Positions 10,931 to 21,500 of a stretch of 64,000 bases of DNA are shown piece by piece; position 1 is the first letter of the stretch; each line of letters opens with the position of its first letter. Both the position numbers and the translations under genes were made by a program. The notes beneath the pieces were generated by a model, which ran no database searches, was not told the DNA's origin, and saw nothing but the letters and a program-made list of their open reading frames with translations. This DNA comes from Podarcis filfolensis (lineage: Eukaryota). The stretch lies in the NCBI GenBank assembly GCA_964270895.1, contig OZ185450.1; one strand, 5' to 3'.

Positions 10931-12037
10931 ATGCCGCTCGCTCCTTCTGCCACCAGGAGGTCATAACCACACATAAAAAAGTCCCTTGCAGCATCAATAC
11001 AGTGGGTGCAAATGTCTTTATTTTTTACATGGGGTCACTTTAGGGCTTTGATGGGAAATGAGTATTTTCTTTCCAAATTAATACATTCTGGAAATACAAG
11101 GGAATTGAATTTGTAATCCACCCAAATCTCATGGATTACAAACTACAGGAACATGACCTGTACAGGAAAATAAGGGAAAGACTATGGGAAGAGGGGCTGG
11201 CTTGGATCTCAGTGGCCCCCATTGAATTATATGCAATCTGGGGCACAGCTGGAAAGGACAGCAGTTGCTTCTCACTCCTTATATTTATGCTGTGTATACA
11301 CAACATTCTATGACAGAATGAATAAAGACTGGGTGCTTGTTGCTGTTTTTTTAAAAATGGCTTACAAAGAAAGTGGGGGGGTAATTTTAAATCATTGCTC
11401 TTGTTTTTAGCATACTGGCTGTCTTTCCCTTGAAAATTGCTTTGTTGAAATATAATACCTGGTTGGTGGATGAGAGACAGTTAGAGGTGAGAGACCATGT
11501 GAAATTGCTTTGGATATGGTTTTATCCTGCTATTCACCTCAGTTGTGTAATGCATGATGTCATTCATCCAGTTGCCATTGCCAATAGATTCAAAACTCTC
11601 CTAATCAGCATTCATTTTTAAAGGAATCTGTCTTGCTTGGTGCACTTCTTTCTTGCACTGGGCAAGGAAAACATGGCCACGGAGAGAGAGCAGAAGGCTG
11701 ATCTGTTAGAAGATGGTAAACTGGTATTTTCCTTTAACATTTTAGCAGCTTATTTGAAAATGGGGGCTGACTGGTAGTGTTCAAAATAAAACCACACTTG
11801 ACTTGTCTAGCTTGATATCATAACTACATATAATGTGACTGCAATGAAAGTTTTGCTTGAGATAATAGCTTTTTTGCATGACTATTCAGTAGTTATTCTT
11901 TTCATACCCGGCAGGAAAATGTCAGTGTCATGATAGATAATTTCACACTGGGAAAAATGTTTCATTAGGGGTCCATCTGGTTCACTCTGACAGTGCACTC
12001 TGAGAGACTGCTAAGATTTGGAATACAGTGTTATTTT

Positions 12038-12219
12038 GCTGTTAGGCATTGGAACAAACTCGCTCGAAGGGTGGTGGACTCTCCTTCCTTGGAGGTTTTG
12101 AAGCAGAGGTTGGATGGTCACCTGTCATGGATGTTTTAGTTGAGATTCCTGCATCGCAGGCGGTTGGACTAGATGACCCTCGGGGTAGCTTCCAACTCTG
12201 CAATTCTATGATTCTATGA
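12038..12219 (+). mobile_element. CR1 LINE 3' end
   Basis: ggtggtggactctccttccttggaggttttgaagcagaggttggatgg...ttccaactctgcaattctatgattctatga, with the CR1 (ATTCTATG)n tail. Confidence 0.88.
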
Positions 12220-12236
12220 ATGATAGAATCATAAAA

Positions 12237-12741
12237 ATCTTAAAAAGCAGAGAATCTTAAAAAGCAGTGACATCACCTTGCCAACAAAGGTCCGTATAGT
12301 TAAAGCTATGGTTTTCCCAGTAGTGATGTATGGAAGTGAGAGCTGGGCCATAAAGAAGATTGCTGAAGAATTGATGCTTTTGAATTATGGTGCTGGAGGA
12401 GACTCTTGAGAGTTCCATGGACTGCAAGAAGATCAAACCCATTCATTCTGAAGGAAATCAGCCCTGAGTGCTCCCTGGAAGGACAGATCCTGAAGCTGAG
12501 GCTCCAATACTTTGGCCACCTCATGAGAAGAGAAGACTCCCTGGAAAAGACCCTGATGTTGGGAAAGATTGAGGGCACAAGGAGAAGGGGATGACAGAGG
12601 ACGAGATGGTTGGACAGTGTTCTCGAAGCTACAAGCATGAGTCTGACCAAACTGCGGGAGGCAGTGGAAGACAGGAGTGCCTGGCGTGCTCTGGTCCAGG
12701 GGGTCACGGAGAGTCGGACACGACTAAACAACAACAACAAC
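12237..12741 (+). mobile_element. RTE-BovB LINE, 5'-truncated
   Basis: ORF2 C-terminus (RVPWTARRSNPFILKEISPECSLEGQILKLRLQYFGHLMRREDSLEKTLMLGKIEG), (CAA)n tail, atgaatgat duplicated at 12216-12224 and 12742-12750. Confidence 0.92.
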
Positions 12742-13115
12742 ATGAATGATGCCATTGTGGTTACTCCTAGACTGCAAGCCTAAAGCTGCCATCTTGTGTA
12801 TTCTTCCTGGGGAGGAAGCCCCACCAAATTCATCCATGGAAGTGAGCTTCATGGCTGCAACCCCACGCATAGGAACAAGGGAAGCTGTCTTATAACTGAA
12901 TTAGGCCAGTGCTCCCATCTGGCTTTGTATCAATGACAGACAGTGTCTCTCTAAGGATTTTCCCCAGCAGCCTTATCTGGAAATGCCAGGGACCTAATCT
13001 GTGACCTCCTACATACAACACACAAACTCCACCACTGTGTTATAGCTGTGACCCCAAAGCACATTAGTCAGATCACTGGGACTTCCTTCTAAGCAGAGTT
13101 AGGATGGGGCCAGGC

Positions 13116-13570
13116 TGTCAGGGCTGGAGTCAGATGCAGGTCAGCATGAAGAAGCAAAGGCAGTTTTCAGTGCTCAGTCAACTTTTTATTCAAGGAAATG
13201 AACATACAGCTCAGCAACAGTTCCCAGTAGGTCTTGCCCCTGTGCAGCAGTTGTCAGGACTGACGGTCCCTGCTTTCTAGGGCTCCTCCTCTCCCCAGCA
13301 GCCTCAAACAGCATCTGAGCATCTTTGGCCTCTGTTCCACTCTCCTCATTATTCTGTGTGTTCTTGGAGACAGGGCTGGAGGGGAGCTTGTCACAGCAGG
13401 AGAGGGAGACTCCCTGGATTCCTCAGCAGTCTCTTGTCACTTCTCCTCTGCTTCAGCCTTGGAGTCTGAACTGCTCCCTTTCACAGGTTCTTCCTGCTCC
13501 GGAAACTTTGTTGCCCCTTCAGCATCCAGATCCTCCTCTAAATATTCTCCTTTTGAACTCCCCTCAGTGT
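13116..13570 (-). mobile_element. LTR-like repeat, copy 2 (5' part diverged or interrupted)
   Basis: Aligns to 7589-8029 with only scattered mismatches over the ~400-bp core. Shares the 9-nt flank gggccaggc with copy 1. Confidence 0.75.
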
Positions 13571-13587
13571 TCCTTGGGGGTTCTCCA

Positions 13588-13698
13588 CACTGGCGGAGGA
13601 AGTGGGGTGCAGTGGGTGCAGTCCACTCTGGGTGTCATCCCTGTGGGGGGGGGTGACATCGCTGTGCTGCCGCGGGTGCACATCTAGCTCCACCTCTG
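13588..13698. mobile_element. Short non-autonomous DNA-transposon-like element
   Basis: Imperfect terminal inverted repeats cactggcggag...ctccacctctg. No TSD confirmed. Confidence 0.45.
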
Positions 13699-14110
13699 GG
13701 ATTAAATCCGGGTTAAATTGGGGGTCGGGCTGGCATTTTGATTACATGGGAGAAAGTCCCACCAAATTCAGAATAGCTTACTTCAGCATAAGCGCGCAGA
13801 GCGCTCGGGTGTCGAGCCTTAGGTGACGATCCTCTCTCCGCAAAATTTGAGCCCAGAGGGAGAAGGGCGGCCCACTGACTTCCCTCGGCCTTGCCAAATC
13901 CCCGCTGAGAAGTCGCGCGCAAGAGCGCAGCACGCCCCGCGCGGGCGAGAAACCGCGCGCTCCCTAGTTCAGTGCGCGCTGCCTCAGGATCGCAGCCGGG
14001 TGGAGGAGGAGGAGGAGGAGGAGGAGGATGGGTGAAGAGGCTCCCCGGCAGCGGGGAGGAGCGCCAGGCACCAATCCCCGCCAGGGGCCCGCCTGCCCTC
14101 CGCCACCCGC

Positions 14111-14117
14111 TATAAAT
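14111..14117 (+). promoter_or_regulatory. TATA box of NKX3-1
   Basis: TATAAAT inside the CpG island, 71 nt upstream of the ATG at 14188, preceded by GC-box-like sequence (ccgccc, ccacccgc). Confidence 0.7.
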
Positions 14118-14187
14118 GGCCCTCCGGACGCCTCGGGAGCACCACTTTGGCCGAGCGCCGGGGCGCCCCCTCTCCGGCACGCGGGTC

Positions 14188-14383
14188 ATGCAGGCCCCCG
14201 AGGCGCGCCCGGGCGGCGGCGCTGCCCGCCCCAAGCAGCTGACCTCGTTCCTCATTCGGGACATCCTGCGCCCCGGCGGCGCTCCCGCCTCGGAGCCCGG
14301 CGGGGAGGCGCGTCCGCCGGCGCGGAGGGATCGGCCCGGGGCCAGCCAAGCCCCCGAGAAGCCCGGCGCGGCGGACGCGACAG
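14188..14383 (+). CDS. NKX3-1: NK3 homeobox 1, coding exon 1
   Basis: MQAPEARPGGGAARPKQLTSFLIRDIL contains the TN/eh1 motif. Donor CAG|GTAAGG at 14383/14384, phase 1, in frame with exon 2. Confidence 0.93.
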
Positions 14384-15014
14384 GTAAGGGGAGGCAGGAG
14401 GGTCGGGCCCGGACCTTGCTCCGTTCCCCACTCGGGGCTTGGAAGTTCTCGGAGCAGCCGCTTAGCCTGGCCCACCTGGCAGGGGTGTTGTGCGCGGGGG
14501 AAATGGCGAGTTATGCTGCTCCGCGCCCCGGGGAGGAGGGCAAGGGGAGAAGCCGATAGGTGGCCCGCAGGCTGCAGGACCTTCAGCTCACGGATCGGGC
14601 AGCGGCTGCGTGTTGGGGAATTGCTTTGTAAGTTTTGTAAACTCTTGTCCAGATTTTAAAAAGGAGGTTCCTGCAGGAGGAAAACCAGCATGGTTCCTGT
14701 AGTGTGGCCCTCTGTCTGCCGTGCTAGATTTCCTCTTGCAGGAAGGTTTATATATGGGGGCAATTAAAGAAATGTTTTCGTTGCCCCATTTGCAGTCTGA
14801 GATGGTGCGGTCTGTCCTGTCCCTTTGCTGCCTGAGTCTGCCATGTGAAAGGCAGAATAAGCTGAGACCAGCTCACAGTCCCTCAGGGTGAGCTTTGTGG
14901 TTGTGGGGGGATTTGATCTCTCCAACTAAGTCCAACGCTCTTAACCACAACACCCCACTGCCCCATTTGCACCTTATATCTAAAGCAGTATCTAAATAAT
15001 CACAGATTTCCCTA

Positions 15015-15217
15015 AAGAATCCTGGGAATTGTAGTTTGTTAAGGGTGCTGAGAGGTGTTTGGGACCCCTTGTCCCACCACAGAGCTGAGCAACCACTTCC
15101 AAAGTTGGGAAGAGGGATTGCTTGTTAAACCACTCTGGGAATGGCACCTCTGCAGCGGAACAGGGGTCTCTGAACAACTTTCAGCAGCCTTGATAAACTA
15201 CAGTTCCCAGGATTCTT
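15015..15217. mobile_element. Palindromic MITE in the NKX3-1 intron
   Basis: Arms aagaatcctgggaattgtagtttgttaagggtgctg (15015-15050) and cagcagccttgataaactacagttcccaggattctt (15182-15217). Related pieces near 19230, 44320, 56630 and 63080. Confidence 0.75.
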
Positions 15218-15435
15218 TGTGTGGGAGTGGAATCCATGATTGCTTAATATGGTATATTGCCATTTCTACATGCATGGTTCAGAGGGGGCCTTATAAGCAA
15301 AATGCAAAGATCAAGGAAGTACACAGAATGTTGTGTTTTCATACACACATCCCATGTGCAGAGTGATTGTGTGGTTTACAGTGCAGGATTTGCTGGAGAG
15401 ATCAAGGTGGCCTAAATATGCCATTTGGTTGTAGG

Positions 15436-15436
<1 letters not shown>

Positions 15437-15471
<35 letters not shown>

Positions 15472-15510
15472 TTCCTTCCTTCCTTCCTTCCTTCCTTCCT
15501 TCCTTCCTTC
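15437..15510. repeat. Compound microsatellite (TG)16(CCTT)10 in the NKX3-1 intron
   Basis: Direct reading. Confidence 0.93.
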
Positions 15511-15582
15511 CCTCACCTCCGTCCCAAATTTTTGGTATTGTTTAAATAGGTCATAACTTTCCCCTTTCTGCTTCTCTACTAG

Positions 15583-15992
15583 ATCAGTCTGCAGAGGCCT
15601 TCCTCTCTCATTCTGAGAACACCCCCAAATCCTTACCGAGACTCCCAAAGCAGCAGAAGCGTTCCCGGGCTGCCTTCTCCCATATGCAGGTCATAGAGCT
15701 TGAGAAGAAGTTCAATCACCAGAAGTACCTGTCTGCACCTGAGCGAGCCCACCTAGCCAAGCACCTGAAACTCACCGAAACCCAAGTGAAAATCTGGTTC
15801 CAGAACAGAAGATATAAGACCAAGAGGAAGCAGCTGGCCTCAGAATTTGGTGGACTTGATAAGAACTCGGCAATTCCAGCCTTCAAAGAACGTGACTTCT
15901 CCAGGGCTACTCTGGCCCTTTCTGTGTACCACAGCTACCAGTATAATCCATATGTCTACTACCTGAATGGCTGGAGTCCAGTCTTGTGGTAA
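15583..15992 (+). CDS. NKX3-1: NK3 homeobox 1, coding exon 2 (homeodomain and C-terminus)
   Basis: Acceptor ctactag|AT at 15582/15583. Homeodomain [60 protein letters not shown], Tyr-rich C-terminus ending WSPVLW, TAA at 15990-15992. Total CDS 606 nt. Syntenic with SLC25A37. Confidence 0.97.
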
Positions 15993-16228
15993 CTAATATA
16001 CTGAGTGATCTGCTTGCCACAGGGTCTAAAAACACTCTTCAGCCACCACCCAGCCACTGACTTTGCTACAGTGGGATAGATTGCAAGTCAGACTTTGCCA
16101 GAGAGAATTGGCTTCTTCCTGTTTTATTTTTTTCTCCTCTATCTTGGAACATCCAGGGAGCTCACATGGTGCTCTTGAGCTACAGCTATGGTGTTTGCTT
16201 CCCATGGTGCAATCTGGGTGGCATACAA

Positions 16229-16234
16229 AATAAA
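16229..16234 (+). terminator. Candidate proximal polyadenylation signal of NKX3-1
   Basis: AATAAA about 240 nt after the stop. Usage is not demonstrable from sequence alone. Confidence 0.3.
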
Positions 16235-17939
16235 TATTATAAAATATGCCTCCATTCCTGCAAGGGATCACATCTTTCCTCGAAAGTCAGTCTGCAAAGT
16301 AATTCACAACCTGCATATAATGTGCAGCACGTTTCACGTGTAGGGAGAGAGATACTACTATATTGTGAGAAGTGCACCGAATGATGGAAACTCCAGAAGT
16401 GTTCATCCCTAGAAGAGGCTGCCTGCTTCAGGGAAAGACCAGCGCTCAGCAGGTCAGCACATGTTTTTTGTGCAGAAAGCCCCAGTCCAATCCCTGGCAT
16501 CTCTAGTGAGAAAGATTGGGCAGTACAGCAGTCTTGAACCTTTTCTGGCCTGACACACACACCCCTTGCCCCCAAGCATGGATTTGGGGACCCACTTCTT
16601 AATTATTAATATTCTTTAAATGATAGATTTGTATGGTGGCCGGGCTGCTTTTGTGGTCTGCCTTAAGTCAGGCTGTGATCCAGTGGTGCAGAGAGCCAAG
16701 CTGATGCCATCCAGATGTTGTCAGACTCCAACTCCCCCCATCTCTGGCTATTTGCCATGCTGGCTGAAGCTGATGAGAGTCCAGCCCATCTGGAGGGATC
16801 CAGGCTGACTGTCCAGGCACTCCTGGGAAGGGATAAAGCTCAGGGGTAGAGCAGTTGCTTTTCATGAGGCAGGTCCTGAGTTCAAGCCCAGCATTGCCAG
16901 GTAGGGCTAGGAGAGAGATTCCAATAGTCTGACTTGGTATAAGGCAGCTTCCTATGACCCACCATTTGAGGCTGCAGATGATGGGTGGAGAAGGACCTTT
17001 GCCTGAGACTCTGGAACAGTGTCGGTCAGTGTGGTGACCTCTAAATATTGTTGGACTCCAGTTGCCCACCAGTCCCCTAGCCAACACGGCCAATGGTTGG
17101 GGATCACATAATGTGCTATTTCACCATGTTTGGTGGGTACCACATTGACTTCTCTTGCTATGAAGAGATGCTGGCAGCCAGGGTAGACAACAATGGGCAA
17201 GAGGGCCAAATAGTCTGACTTGGTCAAACCCAACTCCCTGTGTTTCTTTGTTGTGTCACTGTATGATGAGCAGTTTCCTATCACAACAGAGAACTCCTAT
17301 CAAGTTTCATGCATTTCTTTCAGTGCAGAGGAACAGCACCTTCACACTGCCTTTTGTGTTTCTGGGTGAATTACTGCTGTGGCTTTGCTTTGTTTTTATG
17401 TAAAATGTATGCCCAGAGCAATTATGCAAGACTGTGGAAAGCTGCCTTACACAGAATCAGACCACTGGTCCACCTAGTTCAGTATTACACTGACTAGAAG
17501 TAGCTCTCTAGAGAGAAATCTTTTCTTACCTGGGGCTTCCTGCACTTTGCTGCTGAGCAGAGATTTAACTTTCTGCTTTTTCTTTCCCAGAAAGCAAATC
17601 TCTTCTGGGATATGAGATGGAGCATGTATTCAATTTTATTTCCATGGAACGGTGTCTGTGCTTTGGCTAAGACATCAGGAAAACCCTGTGTTTAAACAGA
17701 GGCAAGAGAGAGTGAGCTTCCCTCAAGGAAAAAATCTGTTAGGTGGGGATGGAAGGCTCTCTGTTTCCCAGCCTTCAAATACAGCTGTTTGGGGTGGTTT
17801 CTTCTACCTCCATTGTGTCTGCGATGGTGGTGCAGATGTTTGTGAAGTCGCCAGCTCTGAATAGTGCAGCACACAGCTCCCCATCTTTCATAACCTTTAG
17901 GAGACATCAGAAGGCAGCCCTGGGTGGGATTTTTTTTTA

Positions 17940-18032
17940 ATGTTTAATGTTTTGTCATGCTTTTATATATGTTGGAAGCCACCCAGAGTGGCTGGTGCAA
18001 CCCAGTCAGATGGGCGGGCTATAAATAATAAA

Positions 18033-18076
<44 letters not shown>
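17940..18076 (+). mobile_element. L2-type LINE 3' end with (ATT)n tail
   Basis: gttggaagccacccagagtggctggtgcaacccagtcagatgggcggg followed by (ATT)n. The same end recurs near 24500, 26830, 28110 and 45980. Confidence 0.7.
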
Positions 18077-18077
<1 letters not shown>

Positions 18078-18556
18078 GAATAGGGTGTCCCTATTTTCAT
18101 GAGAGAAATGTTTGAGGGTATGTACAAGTCCTTCTGAGAGCACATACCCTGCAAGTGTGCCGGTTTTCCAGGGACAGTCCTGGAATTACAGAAGCTGTCC
18201 CAGTTTCTGATTTTCCTTTTTCCTCCCCTCCACGTCTTGGAGAATAATTAAAAGTGTGTGCATGTTTGTAGGTGCAAAAACAGAGACCTGTTTCTACTGA
18301 AAATAAAATACCTGCACCAAATGCAGGAAGCAGTGAATCTGGCATATGAAGCTCTTCCTATAATTTTGAAGGAAAGGTCACCAGTCCATTTTCAATTCTT
18401 TAATTGCAATGCTTTAGCAGCCAGCCATTTTTAAGGAAACACATGAGTGTTGATTCCTTTATTGTAGATGGAACCTTACACTGTCAACACAGAAGTAAGT
18501 CCCACTATAATCAGTGGAGCTTACTCCCTAGTATGTTCCTGATCATTCTCACAGTT

Positions 18557-18558
<2 letters not shown>

Positions 18559-18597
<39 letters not shown>
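18559..18597. repeat. (CAT)13 microsatellite
   Basis: Direct reading. Confidence 0.95.
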
Positions 18598-21500
18598 TTA
18601 TTATTATTTCTGACAATTACCATATCCCACCTTTTCCCCTGACAGGGACTCAAGGCAGTTTACAGCTAGAATTTTATTTCATTCTATTTATATGTGGAAG
18701 GTGTTGTACATGATCCCTTCCCTCACACATTTTTTCTTTACAACACTCCTGTGAGGTAGGTTTGGTGGAGAGGCTGTAATTGGCTCAAGGTGACTGATGT
18801 AGATGTGTATATGACATCTATGTGTTTGGCAAGACCAAACGTAGGGGAAACTTCCTGGTGTGGAATAGGATGTCCCTCGTTTCATGAGAGAGATCTTGGA
18901 GGGCATGAGAGCATCAAAACATCAAGTCCTCTTGCTCCTTGGGGACTTGAGGAAAGTGCGTTCAAAACCTGTGGTAGCAATGAGCCTTGCACACCAGCCA
19001 TGCTAAGCTGTGGACAGCTGAACTTTTAGAAGTTTAAGAAGGAAAACAATTAGAGGAGCAAACGCAGCCTGTAGCCATTAGACTGCCTCACAAGTACTTT
19101 TTATTGGCTTTTTAAAAAGTGCTTGTGCGTGGATTTCACATTTAAACCTGCCCAGAAATGGGACAGAGCAGACTTCAGGCTATATATACACCATACATTT
19201 AAAGTACATGAGTCCCCCCCGCCCAATCCAAGAATGCTGGGAACTGTAGTTTGTTAAGGGTGCTGTGAATTATAGCTCTGTGATGAGTAAACTGTTTTTG
19301 TTCCTTACTCCTACTTTCTGGGGTACTTGACAGAGCACTGAAGCAAGGCCTGCACCTTTCTTTTCTTTTCTTTTATTGTAGGTTTGTTTGTCTTACACAG
19401 AAGACACAGCTTCCTGTGATGGCAGTAAACATGCATCTCTTCTGTGATGCAGTCCTCTTCCACACATAATTTCTCTTCTCACTAAAATCAAGCATATTTG
19501 AGGGAAACCCCCCCCTCCACCCGCCAGCCTTCTCTGACATGCAGAAGCAGGAGCTGCTACCTTCCGTTTGAAGTGGTGCAATCAGAATCAGTGTTAGTGA
19601 CTTATAAAAAGGCAGGTTGCTCAAAATCACACAATTTATGCACCATAAAAAGACCAAATCCAGCCTGTAAGCAAATAATATGCTTAGTTGCTTCCTTTAG
19701 CATAGTTTATAATCCAGTTGTTTGCATATTTACTTGGAAGTCCTGTTGTATTAAGTGAAGTTTACTCATGTGTATATGTTTCCAGGCTAATGAGTCAATC
19801 TTCTGTATCCCTCCTCAGAAGTCCAAGTGAGTTCAGTTAGGCTTCAGATAAGTTTTACTTTTCAGAGCAATCCTATACATCTTCAGCCAAAAGCCAATCC
19901 TTTTCCACACTGTGTTCCATGAGACCTCTTCCAAATAAGTGTGTTTGTTTAGAATTAACCTTAATCTGCCTTAATCAAGAGATGCTGGCACTAATCCATG
20001 CTAGAGTCACCTCAAAGAAGTTGTTTGTTTTATTCCTTCTGTTCCTTTCTCCAAAGAACAATAAATTGTGACAATAAGCTGTATAAGCTTCCCAGATAAA
20101 GGCAATTTTTACTTTTCTACTATTGTTGGAATTGACTCTTTTGTTGACAGCCACACAAAATGATGTTATGCATATCAGCAAGAAGTCTGACTGAACAATT
20201 TATATGTTAAAACCTACTTTGGCGTTCCGGATTTCACAAGTATATCAGCAAGTGTCGGAGCTGTGTGTTAGCCTTCCGCACAGTTAGATGTGCCGCTCAT
20301 GAGCACAAGAACAATTCCCATATCTGACGAACATTCACTAACTGTGCAATCCTATAGGTGGGACACTTGGAAGTAAGCCCTGTAAAGTTCAGCAGGTCTC
20401 TCTGAGTTCAGTGGGACTTACTTCTGACTAGGCATATAACTGTGTTGTAAACCCCTAAGAAGCTTGTTTGATATCAGAAAGCTGATGTGTTGTGGGAGGG
20501 ACATTTAGACTGTATGCACACTAACCCATTTGTTACACAAATGTTTCTTCTAGGGCTGCTGGTTGAGTCAGGTTTCTTAGTTGCTTAGTCCTCTGCCTTG
20601 CATTTTAACCAATCAATTGTAAATTAGTGTGCATACTGCTAAAATCTCAACAGAAGTGCCTTTGTGAGATATTGAAGGAAGAGTGAGATAAGTTATGATT
20701 GAATAAATGTTGCTGTTTGCTGGAAGGAAAAGCTATCTTGAGTATTTTCTGTTTAATTTCTCATTGCAGTCATGCAACAGAACCAAAATCACCTCAAGAA
20801 ATACAGAGAGATGGAGCGGGAGAGGGAGACAGATGTGTGCCCTTAAATCCCAGCCTCACCAGTTAAAATGTATATCCAATCATCAGTGAAACCAGGGACT
20901 TTCAGATTTTTTTCCTGAGAAACATTGAGGTTCCTTGAAAGCTTCTCTAGACCAGGGATGGAAGGATCTATCAGTTTTGGTGGGTGTGGTTTGGAGAAAG
21001 TTGCCTGGGAGGCCAAAGTGGAGGTTGCTCCCCCCGGTTTAAGGCTTGCTCCTTTGTTGGGGACACATGACGTTCCCAGGATTCTTGGACTCCAGCTCCC
21101 ACCAGCCCCAGCCAGCATTGCTCATGGTCAGAGATTGTGGGAGTTGTAGTCCACCAACATCTGGCTAGCAACACATTCCCCACATCTGATCTAAAGGCAA
21201 GGGGGGCATTATTAGACAGTCTAAAATTGCTTCACTGCACCACCGCTAGGCATTTTTGTGTTCTGCTTGTTAGCATCAAAAAGCCATTTGGCTGGGTACT
21301 ATTTCAGTTCTTACGATCCGTCTTTCACTGTGAAATTATTGGCAGGGCACCAAACTATGTGGGGGCCCACAGCACAGTGCTGCCAGTGACCCCCTCCCAC
21401 AGCACACACAAGACTGGGTCCCCTTCAAGAGCGGCACAGCTACCCAGCCTCTGCTAAAACATCTGTCTGGGCCAAGGCAGCAGCAGCAGAGCTGGTCCAG

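Larger units (their letters stand above)
13790..14620 (+). promoter_or_regulatory. CpG island spanning the NKX3-1 promoter and exon 1
   Basis: Very high GC and CpG density against a CpG-depleted background. Confidence 0.9.

Noticed and set aside
11110-11142. 11-bp hairpin (also a 10-bp one at 24009-24037)
   Set aside because: Stems this short are expected occasionally in 64 kb; no supporting context.
12306-12755. 149-aa minus-strand ORF (also 38496-38873)
   Set aside because: The recurrent antisense open frame of BovB 3' ends.
8075-13115. Intact autonomous LTR retrotransposon between the twin repeats
   Set aside because: No gag, RT or integrase remnants, no tRNA-complementary PBS, and no PPT next to the downstream copy.
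1-14000. NKX2-6, expected upstream by synteny
   Set aside because: No second homeobox or CpG island in the window; it presumably lies further left.
13713-14559. Several 110-183 aa ORFs over the CpG island, and the upstream ATG at 14116
   Set aside because: GC-rich DNA lacks stops by composition. ATG 14116 overlaps the TATA box and is probably upstream of the TSS. The part after 14383 is intron read-through.
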